The notes under the pieces are model-generated. The model made no database searches. It worked only from the letters and a program-made list of their open reading frames with translations, and was not told where the DNA came from. Positions 17,674 to 25,167 of a DNA stretch of 33,155 nt are shown here, one piece after another (the first letter of the stretch is position 1; the number at the start of each line of letters is the position of its first letter). Source of the stretch: Janthinobacterium lividum (GTDB taxonomy: Bacteria; Pseudomonadota; Gammaproteobacteria; Burkholderiales; Burkholderiaceae_D); the NCBI GenBank assembly GCA_945864765.1, contig CAMBDR010000001.1, positions 1 through 33,155 on the forward strand, given 5' to 3'. Made by a program: the position numbers and the translations under genes.

Positions 17674-18438
17674 ATGGCGGGTTATGTGCATTTGTTGACG
17701 ATCAGCGTCAAGCATGAATACTTTGAGGGTGTTGCCGGCCCGGCGTGGGAATTTGTGCCGACGCAGGCATGCGCCGCGCTGGCGCGGCAATATGCGCTGG
17801 TGGTGCGGCAAAATGCCGATGGGATGGAGGTTTGGCATGACGGGTCGGCGCTCCCGGGGCCGCTTGCGTTGGCTTACCGCCTGCGCTGCCGCGATCCCTT
17901 GTTTCAATCCTATACCGATTGGGCTGCCACGCCGACCATTGGATTAATCGGTGGCGAATCTGGCGAATCTGGTAGCTCCGCCACAATTTCAGCGGTTTAT
18001 GAGGTTAATGTTGCCAATGAGCCGCCACCCTTTAAGCGCTTGCCTGACCCTTACTGCGACATTGCTATCACATTAACGACGGCCGAATTAAACGCGCAAA
18101 CGAAGCCAAGGCAATATCAAATTACCTTTAAGGCCGCAATGGTCAAGTGGCGGTATATCGTATCAGGCACGGCCGACACGGTAGCCGCCGCCACAGGCGA
18201 CGCTGGCGAGGTCGTGGCATTTGACAAAGCTGACCCGGTACAGTCAATGCCCCAATACACCACCTTTACCTCTACGGCCGCTATTGCGCTGCGCTACCGC
18301 TCGCCGCAACGTTTCAAACTCACCAGTGGCGTTAACGATCTTATTCAGTGTTTGCCAAACGCCAGCATCAACATGATTTGCAACAAGGGCACCAAAGCCG
18401 ATCCGCAGTACGTTGCAGAAATTTACGTTCACCAATAA
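17674..18438 (+). CDS. Hypothetical protein located between the eCIS cap and sheath genes
   Basis: 254-aa ORF with AGGAG 6 nt upstream of the ATG. Its composition matches neighbouring genes and I recognise no motif. Contains an in-frame GESGESGS microsatellite. Confidence 0.6.
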   Translation: MAGYVHLLTISVKHEYFEGVAGPAWEFVPTQACAALARQYALVVRQNADGMEVWHDGSALPGPLALAYRLRCRDPLFQSYTDWAATPTIGLIGGESGESGSSATISAVYEVNVANEPPPFKRLPDPYCDIAITLTTAELNAQTKPRQYQITFKAAMVKWRYIVSGTADTVAAATGDAGEVVAFDKADPVQSMPQYTTFTSTAAIALRYRSPQRFKLTSGVNDLIQCLPNASINMICNKGTKADPQYVAEIYVHQ

Positions 18439-18455
18439 CTTTTAAAGGAACCGAC

Positions 18456-20606
18456 ATGGCTAGTCAGTATAAAACCCCTGGTGTTTACATTAAAGAAATA
18501 AACGCCTTCCCCAATTCGGTGGTCGAGGTTGCGACTGCGGTGCCAGCTTTTATCGGCTATACGAGCAAGGCGAAGGATGATAAAGGCGCATCCCTCAGCA
18601 ACAAGCCGAAGCGGATTTCATCCATGTCGGAATTTACAACTTATTTTGGTGATGCGCCGGTTGATCAGTTTAACGTGACCAGTACCCAACCAAGCCAGCC
18701 GAAGCCGTCGCTGCCCTCTTTGGCCGAAGCAACAGCGATGAACAACGACGCTGCTAGCCAATTAGCCGAGATAAAAAAATCAGATGATGCGAAAAGCATA
18801 TTGTATAAACTCGCGGTGAGCAGCGGTGCGGCAGGTGCCATTACGAAAACAGTGGGTAGCCAGCTAACAACGGACAAGGTGAAATCATTGAAGGCAAAGG
18901 CGGAAGAGCCTCCTCAAGAAGTAAGTGCCACATTCACATTGGATGTGCCAAATGCGCTCAAGCAAGAAGAACTGAAAAACCTGGAGCCGGATCTGATATC
19001 TTCAAAGATAGCGTTGTTCAAAGCGCTAGCCAAAGCAACCCAAACACAGGCGGTCAAGGATGCCGTAAACGCTTTAGCAACTTCACCCGTTGCGGAGAAG
19101 GTGACGGCTGCCAATGTGGCGTTTGCTACGTTAAACAATGTAGCGGAAATGCTAGGCAAGGCCATCACACTGGGCGAAACAGCGAAAGATGTTCTTGAAA
19201 ATCAATATATGGCTGCTCCTATTGGGACAGCAGTTGACGCATTGAAGGCCGAACAAGCATCCCCCGGAGCCGCGACGGTTTCAACAACGCTGCCTGCCAG
19301 TCAGAATAACAATGTGGATGCCAACCCTGATTTCGTGTTCAAAAACGAGTCCGGTGGGGAAGTGAGTTGCTGGGTAAACAAAACCGGCAACAATTACTAT
19401 TTATATTACAGCATGCGGCTGTTCTTCCAAAACGGCGGCGGCGATTGTTACATCGTCTCTGTTGGTAATCACAGCGAAACTGTCACTTCAGAGAGATTAA
19501 CTAAAGCGCTTGACCTGCTGGAAAAGGAGCAGGAGCCAACAATCATTGTGATCCCCGATGCGATGGCGTTGGACAAGGGCACCATTGGCACGTTACAACA
19601 AGCCATGTTGACGCATTGCGGCTCTGATATGAAAAACCGCTTTGCGATTTTGGATGTATTGCCTGATGTTAGCAATGTTACTAATAGTGACGATGTCACT
19701 AGTGATTTTCGTGCCAGCATCGGCACCGACAACCTTGCCTATGGCGCAGCCTACTACCCATGGTTGAACACCTCGGTTGTGCAAGTTTCAGATCTTTCGT
19801 TTGATAATTTTACGTTTACTGGGGATAAGTTAGACGACGATGTCAAGAAGGTAGTGGACATGATCAAAGATGCGAAAAGTATAAAAACTTTTCAAGCGCT
19901 TAAGACTTTGTTCGCGAAACCCAACCCAGACCGCACCGATATAGCCAAATTAGCCCAATTCCGCAAGCTTTTGCCAGCGGTTAGCACTTTATACGCATCA
20001 ATCCTCACCGCCATAGCCAGCAAACTCAATCTATTACCCCCGTCAGCCGCCATGGCCGGCGTCTATGCCAGGGTGGACAACAGCCGTGGCGTCTGGAAAG
20101 CCCCCGCCAATGTCAGCCTGAACGCCGTGGTCGCGCCAGCCCTCAACTTCACAAAAAATCAACTGGACGGCTTGAACGTGCCAACTGACGGCAAGGCCGT
20201 CAACGCCATCCGCACCTTCATCGGCCAAGGCACTCTGGTGTGGGGCGCGCGCACGCTGGATGGCATCAGCGATGATTGGCGCTACATCAACGTGCGCCGC
20301 ACCATGATCATGCTGGAGGAATCGATACGCCTGGCCGCCGGGGCCTATGTGTTTGAACCCAACACCGCCAACACTTGGGCCAACGTCAAGGGCATGATCC
20401 GCAACTTTCTTACCGGCATCTGGCAGCGCGGCGGCTTGGCCGGTAGCAGCCCGGACGACGCCTTTGGCGTCTACCTTGGCCTGGGCGAAACCATGACCGG
20501 GCAAGACATTCTGGACGGCTACATGCTGGTGACGGTGCTGGTGGCACTGGTGCGCCCGGCGGAATTCATCGAAATTACCTTCCAGCAGGAGATGCAAAAA
20601 TCGTAA
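18456..20606 (+). CDS. Contractile tail sheath protein (Afp2-4/Pvc2-4-like) with a large internal insertion
   Basis: AAGGAA RBS before the ATG at 18456. Sheath motifs: MASQYKTPGVYIKEINAFP..VATAVPAFIGYT, YYLYYSMRLFFQNGGGDCYIV, EPTIIVIPDA, FAILD, AAYYPWL, LPPSAAMAGVYARVDNSRGVWKAPANVSL, NAIRTFIGQGTLVWGARTL, WRYINVRR. 716 aa. Confidence 0.93.
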   Translation: MASQYKTPGVYIKEINAFPNSVVEVATAVPAFIGYTSKAKDDKGASLSNKPKRISSMSEFTTYFGDAPVDQFNVTSTQPSQPKPSLPSLAEATAMNNDAASQLAEIKKSDDAKSILYKLAVSSGAAGAITKTVGSQLTTDKVKSLKAKAEEPPQEVSATFTLDVPNALKQEELKNLEPDLISSKIALFKALAKATQTQAVKDAVNALATSPVAEKVTAANVAFATLNNVAEMLGKAITLGETAKDVLENQYMAAPIGTAVDALKAEQASPGAATVSTTLPASQNNNVDANPDFVFKNESGGEVSCWVNKTGNNYYLYYSMRLFFQNGGGDCYIVSVGNHSETVTSERLTKALDLLEKEQEPTIIVIPDAMALDKGTIGTLQQAMLTHCGSDMKNRFAILDVLPDVSNVTNSDDVTSDFRASIGTDNLAYGAAYYPWLNTSVVQVSDLSFDNFTFTGDKLDDDVKKVVDMIKDAKSIKTFQALKTLFAKPNPDRTDIAKLAQFRKLLPAVSTLYASILTAIASKLNLLPPSAAMAGVYARVDNSRGVWKAPANVSLNAVVAPALNFTKNQLDGLNVPTDGKAVNAIRTFIGQGTLVWGARTLDGISDDWRYINVRRTMIMLEESIRLAAGAYVFEPNTANTWANVKGMIRNFLTGIWQRGGLAGSSPDDAFGVYLGLGETMTGQDILDGYMLVTVLVALVRPAEFIEITFQQEMQKS

Positions 20607-20675
20607 TCCGGCGACAGACAACAATCATGGGGGCGCGACCCCTGTCCTTTAATTTTTTAAGTAGCGAGGTTGATG

Positions 20676-21125
20676 ATGGCAGATGATGCAGCGGTAACGG
20701 CGTGGCCCTTGCCCAAGTTTTATTTTCAGGTGAAATGGGGTGCCAATAGCATGTCGTTTCAGGAAGTTTCCGGGCTGGACGTGCAATCGGAAGAAATGAA
20801 ATACCGGGCCGGCGACAGCCCGATTTTTGCCCCCATCAAAATGCCCGGCATGATGAAGTTCGGCAACGTGACCATGAAAAAAGGCGTCTTCAAGGGCGAC
20901 AATAAGTTCTGGGAATGGATGGCCCAGATCAAGGCCAGCACGGTGGCGCGCCAGACCGTCATTATCTCGCTGCTCGACGAAACCGGCAAGCCCAGCATGA
21001 TCTGGACCCTGCGCAACGCCTGGCCGACCAAGATCAGCGCCACCGATCTGAAGGCCGAAGGCAATGAGGTGGCGATCGAATCGATCGAAATCGTGCATGA
21101 CGGTTTAACCATCACCCTGAGCTGA
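20676..21125 (+). CDS. Contractile tail tube protein (T4 gp19-like; Afp1/Afp5 family)
   Basis: PLPKFYFQVKWG, FQEVSGLDVQSEEMKYRAGD, GNVTMKKGV, WTLRNAWPTKISATDLKAEGNEVAIESIEIVHDGLTI. The start could be 20670, 20673 or 20676; GAGG spacing favours 20676. Confidence 0.9.
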   Translation: MADDAAVTAWPLPKFYFQVKWGANSMSFQEVSGLDVQSEEMKYRAGDSPIFAPIKMPGMMKFGNVTMKKGVFKGDNKFWEWMAQIKASTVARQTVIISLLDETGKPSMIWTLRNAWPTKISATDLKAEGNEVAIESIEIVHDGLTITLS

Positions 21126-21135
21126 CGGCGGCGGC

Positions 21136-21600
21136 ATGGCGGACTATTTTGAAAACGGCTATCCGCCGCCAGCCTTCAGCTTCAGGGTCACCATTGGCAC
21201 GGCATCAGGCAGCGCCGATACCTCGTTTACCGATGTGTCGGGCATTGCGCTGGAGATGGACACTGAAACCGTGGTCGAAGGCGGCGAAAACCGCTTCGTC
21301 CACCATTTGCCAACCCAGCGCAAACACCCGCACCTGGAACTCAAACGCGGCATCGCATCGCTGAAATCGCCCTTGCTGCGCTGGTGCAAGGCGGTTTTGG
21401 AAGGTGGCCTGGGCCAGCCCATCGTCACCGAAACGGTGATCGTGCATTTGCTCGACGAAAAGCAATTGCCGCTGCGAACCTGGGAATTGAGCGACGCCTG
21501 GCCGATCAAATGGGAAGTCGAGGGCTTTTCCTCCAGCAAAAATGAGGTGGCGGTGGAAAAAATCGTGTTGGCCTACACCTGTGCAACCCGTACCAAGTGA
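21136..21600 (+). CDS. Second tail tube paralogue (Afp5-like)
   Basis: 154 aa: PPPAFSFRVTIG, FTDVSGIALEMDTETVVEGGENRF, HLELKRGI, WELSDAWPIKWEVEGFSSSKNEVAVEKIVLAY. Same gp19-like pattern as the upstream gene. Confidence 0.85.
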   Translation: MADYFENGYPPPAFSFRVTIGTASGSADTSFTDVSGIALEMDTETVVEGGENRFVHHLPTQRKHPHLELKRGIASLKSPLLRWCKAVLEGGLGQPIVTETVIVHLLDEKQLPLRTWELSDAWPIKWEVEGFSSSKNEVAVEKIVLAYTCATRTK

Positions 21601-21613
21601 ATAAGGATTTGTG

Positions 21614-21775
21614 ATGGCGATTGAAATCAGGCAGTTGATCATTAAGACCGATATTGTGCAGCAAGCCGAGGGCGCGCCGTTGGACGCCGGGCAACAGCAG
21701 CGCCTGAAACACGAGCTGCTCAACGCCTGCCGCCAAATGGTGCTGGCGCTGCTGCGCGAGCGCGGGGAGCGCTAA
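21614..21775 (+). CDS. 53-aa conserved small eCIS protein (Afp6 position; DUF5908-like)
   Basis: Not in the ORF track (under 60 aa). ATG at 21614, TAA at 21773-21775: MAIEIRQLIIKTDIVQQAEGAPLDAGQQQRLKHELLNACRQMVLALLRERGER. It fills the tube-to-LysM gap exactly. The M.IEIR.L.IK N-terminus matches my recollection of this family. Confidence 0.6.
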   Translation: MAIEIRQLIIKTDIVQQAEGAPLDAGQQQRLKHELLNACRQMVLALLRERGER

Positions 21776-21778
21776 GCC

Positions 21779-22468
21779 ATGGCCAAGACTGAACTGGTGA
21801 TTTCGACCTGCACGCTGGACGCCAAAGGCGTGGCGCGGGTTGACCGAAGCGGCGCGGAGTTTCGCGCACAAATCAATCCGGCAGGTTATAACCGTGATTT
21901 TTCGGTCAAATATACCAAGGACGCGGCGCTGGGCCAGGCCAGCAGTGAAGCGAAGTTCTTTGCCATCCTGCCGCAAACCTTGAACCTGAAAGAACTGGTG
22001 CTCGATGGCAGCGGCGTGGTGGCCGGCACCACGGTGACGGTGAAGCAACAAATCGACTTGCTGACCAAAGTGGCAGTTGGCTACGTGGGCGAGGATCACC
22101 AGCCATCGGTAGTCTGCGTGGTGTGGGGTAGCCTGATTTTTTATGGCCGCGTGGAAAGCCTGAAGTGCGACTACACCCTGTTCACCCCCGGCGGCGAACC
22201 CTTGCGCGCCAAGGTGACGCTCAATTTGACACAATACACCGGCAGCGTCGAGATTGCGCGCGAGATGGCGCAAAGTTCGCCCGACCTCACGCATCTGGTG
22301 CAGGTGCAGGCGGGCGATACCCTGGCGCTGCTGTGCAACCGGATTTACGGCGACAGTGCCTACTACCCCGAGGTGGCGCGCAGCAACGGCCTGAGCAATT
22401 TTCGCCAGCTCCAACCCGGCACCACATTGCGCTTCCCGCCGCTGGCCCAGGCCGGGCAAGACAAATAA
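21779..22468 (+). CDS. Tube-initiator-like protein with C-terminal LysM domain (Afp7/Pvc7-like)
   Basis: 229 aa. The N-terminal tube-like domain includes FRAQINPAGYNRDFSVKY and CVVWGSLIFYGRVESL. The C-terminal LysM is HLVQVQAGDTLALLCNRIYGDSAYYPEVARSNGLSNFRQLQPGTTLRFPP. Confidence 0.85.
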   Translation: MAKTELVISTCTLDAKGVARVDRSGAEFRAQINPAGYNRDFSVKYTKDAALGQASSEAKFFAILPQTLNLKELVLDGSGVVAGTTVTVKQQIDLLTKVAVGYVGEDHQPSVVCVVWGSLIFYGRVESLKCDYTLFTPGGEPLRAKVTLNLTQYTGSVEIAREMAQSSPDLTHLVQVQAGDTLALLCNRIYGDSAYYPEVARSNGLSNFRQLQPGTTLRFPPLAQAGQDK

Positions 22469-22488
22469 GCAGAAAGGATAACCAGCAC

Positions 22489-24279
22489 ATGCCCAGTTCC
22501 CCCTTATTGCAAGGCAGCGGCGTATTAAAATTAAGCATCAGCAGCGAAGGCAAACCCCTGCCGACTGCGGTGCAGGTGATGTCGGTGGAAATTCATCACG
22601 CCATCAACCGGATCGCATCGGCCACCATCATCGTGATTGATGGTGATATGCCCAGCGGCAAGTTTCCGCTCAGCGATGGCACCCTGTTCAAGCTCGGCGC
22701 GAAGATCGTCATCAAGGCCGGCTATGGCGACGACGAAACCCCGGTTTTTTCCGGGCTGGTGATCAAACACGCGGTCAAGGTGGATGGCAACAACTATGCG
22801 CGCCTGGAGCTGGAATGCCGCGACCCGGCGCTGGCCATGACGGTGGGCCGCAAGAGCGCCAGTTTTGTCAAAATGAGCGATAGGGCAATCATCGGCAAAC
22901 TGGTGGCGGGCTACGCCGGTTTAAGCGCCAAGGTGGATGCAACCGATGTCACCCACCCGGAACTGGTGCAGTTTTATGTTACCGACTGGGATTTTTTGCT
23001 GGCGCGCGCCGAAGCCAACGGCTTGCTGGTGATGACCGATGGCGGTGACATCAGCGTCAAAGCCCCCGCCACCACCGCCGAACCGGTGCTGAGCCTGACC
23101 TACGGCAGCGATTTGATGGAATTTGAGGCCGAACTTGATGCGCGTTGGCAGGTGGACAGTGTGGTCAGCAGCAGTTGGGACATGGCAACCCAAAAAGTGG
23201 TGCAAAAGCATGCCGCACCGCTCAGCCTGACCGGGCAGGGCGATTTGGACGGCAAAAAAATGGCCGCCGTGCTTGGCACCGGCCCGTTTGCGCTGCAAAC
23301 CATCGCCACCCAAGGGAGCGGCGACTTAAGCGCCTGGGCCAAGGCGCAACAGTTAAAGGTGGCGTTGGCGCGCATTCGCGGGCGGATGCTGTTTCAAGGC
23401 AATGCCAAGGCCAAACCCGGCGTGTTATTGCTCTTGAAAAACGTGGGCGACCATTTCAACGGCAAAGTGCTCGCCACCAGCGTGATCCAGCGCATCGTTG
23501 ATGGCAACTGGCTCACCGAAGTCGAGTTCGGCATGGCCCCGTCATGGTTTGCCGAGCAGCACCAGTTGGCGGCCCCGCCAGCGGCTGGGTTAACGGCGGG
23601 CATGGAAGGCTTGCAGATCGGCGTGGTCAAAAAAATCGATGCCGACCCCGAAAACCAATTCAGGGTGCAAGTGACGCTGCCGCTGATGCCGGCGCAAACC
23701 GAGGGCGTGTGGGCGCGCCTGGCCGGTTTTTACGCCTCCGCCGACTGTGGCGCGTTCTTTATCCCGGAAGTGGGTGATGAAGTGGTGCTGGGCTGCTTTA
23801 ACCACGACCCCTCGTGCCCGGTGATCCTGGGCAGCCTGTACAGCGGCAAGAAAAAGCCGCCGCAGGTCGCCACAGCCGATAACTTTATCAAGGCGCTGGT
23901 GACGCGCAGCAAGCTCACGCTGGAATTTAACGACGACAAGAAAATCATCACCCTGAACACGCCCGGCAAAAACCAGGTCGTCATCAGCGATGACGGCAAA
24001 TCGATTTTGCTGCAAGACCAAACCGGCAACAAAATTGAACTCAGCGAAAAGGGCATTTCGCTTGACAGCGCCAAAGATATCATGATCTCGGCCAAGGGCA
24101 AGGTCTCGATCACGGCCGACAACAATATCGAAACCGAGGCCAAAAAGGATATTAAATGCGATGCCGCCAATATCACGCTCAACGCCAAGACCGGGCTAAG
24201 CGCCAAGGGCGGTGCCACGGCGAAATTGACCGGCGGCACGCAAGTGACGGTGAAAGCACCGATGGTCAAGATCAATTAA
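22489..24279 (+). CDS. VgrG-like baseplate hub/spike protein (gpD + gp5/gpV OB-fold + beta-helix; Afp8-like)
   Basis: Start at the ATG at 22489 (MPSSPLLQGSG...); the track's 108-aa Arg/Pro-rich extension overlaps the LysM gene. Motifs: FYVTDWDFLLARAEANGLLV and VWARLAGFYASADCGAFFIPEVGDEVVLGCFNHDPSCPVILGSLYSG. The C-terminus has repetitive beta-helix strands (KIITLNTPGKNQVVISDDGKSILLQDQTGNKIELSEKGISL...). Confidence 0.9.
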   Translation: MPSSPLLQGSGVLKLSISSEGKPLPTAVQVMSVEIHHAINRIASATIIVIDGDMPSGKFPLSDGTLFKLGAKIVIKAGYGDDETPVFSGLVIKHAVKVDGNNYARLELECRDPALAMTVGRKSASFVKMSDRAIIGKLVAGYAGLSAKVDATDVTHPELVQFYVTDWDFLLARAEANGLLVMTDGGDISVKAPATTAEPVLSLTYGSDLMEFEAELDARWQVDSVVSSSWDMATQKVVQKHAAPLSLTGQGDLDGKKMAAVLGTGPFALQTIATQGSGDLSAWAKAQQLKVALARIRGRMLFQGNAKAKPGVLLLLKNVGDHFNGKVLATSVIQRIVDGNWLTEVEFGMAPSWFAEQHQLAAPPAAGLTAGMEGLQIGVVKKIDADPENQFRVQVTLPLMPAQTEGVWARLAGFYASADCGAFFIPEVGDEVVLGCFNHDPSCPVILGSLYSGKKKPPQVATADNFIKALVTRSKLTLEFNDDKKIITLNTPGKNQVVISDDGKSILLQDQTGNKIELSEKGISLDSAKDIMISAKGKVSITADNNIETEAKKDIKCDAANITLNAKTGLSAKGGATAKLTGGTQVTVKAPMVKIN

Positions 24280-24297
24280 CCTTTTGGGAGAGTAAGC

Positions 24298-24597
24298 ATG
24301 CCATCTGCCGCCCGTTTGAACGATATGCACGTATGCCCGATGCTCTCGCCCACCGTGCCACCGATCCCGCATGTGGGCGGGCCGATTAGCGGCCCCGGCG
24401 TGCCGACGGTGTTGATTGGCGGCTCGCCGGCGGCGGTGCTCGGGGATATGTGTGTGTGCGTGGGGCCGCCCGCCACCATCGTCAAAGGTTCGTCCAGCGT
24501 CATGATCGGCGGTAAACCAGCCGCGCGCATGGGCGACGCCACCTCGCATGGCGGTAGCATTGTGCTGGGCTGGCCGACGGTGCAAATTGGTGGCTAG
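24298..24597 (+). CDS. PAAR-domain spike tip protein (Afp10-like)
   Basis: 99 aa: AARLNDMHVCP, VLIGGSPAAVLGDMCVC, VMIGGKPAARMGDATSHGG, PTVQIGG. GGGAGAG RBS. Confidence 0.92.
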   Translation: MPSAARLNDMHVCPMLSPTVPPIPHVGGPISGPGVPTVLIGGSPAAVLGDMCVCVGPPATIVKGSSSVMIGGKPAARMGDATSHGGSIVLGWPTVQIGG

Positions 24598-24622
24598 CCT
24601 GCCAGCCTTGGGCGGCAAGGGG

Positions 24623-24739
24623 ATGCCAGCGGCTGCAAATGGCGACAATGAAGATAATGAAGCGGATGCCAATGGATACGATGGATACGATGGATACGAT
24701 GGATGTGGTGGATGTGGTGGCTGCCCTGGAGGGCGATAA
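24623..24739 (+). CDS. Candidate 38-aa acidic Gly/Cys-rich micro-ORF built from tandem repeats
   Basis: MPAAANGDNEDNEADANGYDGYDGYDGCGGCGGCPGGR. Its TAA overlaps the gp25 ATG (TAATG at 24737-24741). It fills the PAAR-gp25 spacer. The SD is poorly spaced, so translation is unproven. Confidence 0.3.
   Translation: MPAAANGDNEDNEADANGYDGYDGYDGCGGCGGCPGGR
24672..24719. repeat. Tandem 9-mers: ATGGATACG x3, then GATGTGGTG x2
   Basis: Read directly: atggatacg at 24672, 24681 and 24690; gatgtggtg at 24702 and 24711. Confidence 0.9.
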
Positions 24740-25146
24740 TGGATAATGAAGTGACATTTTTGGGACGCGGCTGGGCCTTTCCGCCCGCCTTCAAGCGTTA
24801 CGGCGCGGTAGACATGGTGAGCGCCGGGGACGACATCGCCCAGAGTTTGGCGATTTTGCTCGCCACCACGCCCGGCGAGCGCGTCATGCAGCCCGATTTT
24901 GGTTGCGCGCTGCGCTGGCAAACCTTTGAAAACTTCAACCAAAGCAGCGTCACGGCGCTGCAAGACGAGATCCGCCGCGCGATCTTGTTTTTTGAACCCA
25001 GAATCATCCTGGAAAGCGTCATCATTGATCAAAGCCGTTATGAGCAAGGCTATTTGGATCTGCTGCTACAGTACCTTATCATCCGCACCAACACCCGCAG
25101 CAATCTGGTGTATCCATTTTATTTCAGGGAGGCCACCGATGCCTAA
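24739..25146 (+). CDS. Baseplate wedge protein, GPW/gp25 family (Afp9-like)
   Basis: 135 aa from MDNEVTFLGRGWAFPP, with DDIAQSLAILLATTPGERVMQPDFGC and AILFFEPRI. The track start (24703) adds an implausible MWWMWWLPW leader. Confidence 0.9.
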   Translation: MDNEVTFLGRGWAFPPAFKRYGAVDMVSAGDDIAQSLAILLATTPGERVMQPDFGCALRWQTFENFNQSSVTALQDEIRRAILFFEPRIILESVIIDQSRYEQGYLDLLLQYLIIRTNTRSNLVYPFYFREATDA

Positions 25147-25167
25147 ACTGACACGCCGGGGGCAGCG

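Noticed and set aside
18348-18455. Upstream extensions of track ORFs: sheath 18348, VgrG 22165, lolD 15230, gp25 24703
   Set aside because: The extensions overlap the preceding genes, are Arg/His/Trp-rich, and lack an SD. Internal ATGs with good context give canonical family N-termini.
20607-20669. Possible intrinsic terminator after the sheath gene (GGGGCGCGACCCC followed by a T-rich stretch)
   Set aside because: The stem is only about 4 bp and the T-run is separated from it and interrupted. Termination here would uncouple sheath from tube expression.
21506-22459. 317-aa minus-strand ORF antisense to the tube-2, small-ORF and LysM genes
   Set aside because: It is a shadow ORF of GC-rich coding sequence, rich in Arg/Ala/His/Gln and without motifs. 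The plus strand carries clearly recognisable eCIS genes.
24672-24719. Possible CRISPR-like or other array from the tandem repeats
   Set aside because: The units are only 9 nt long, are directly adjacent without spacers, and no cas genes are present. This is a simple microsatellite.
24623-24739. RiPP (microcin B17-like) precursor reading of the Gly/Cys micro-ORF
   Set aside because: No cyclodehydratase, dehydrogenase, protease or export genes lie nearby, and the context is purely structural eCIS genes. Kept only as a candidate micro-ORF.
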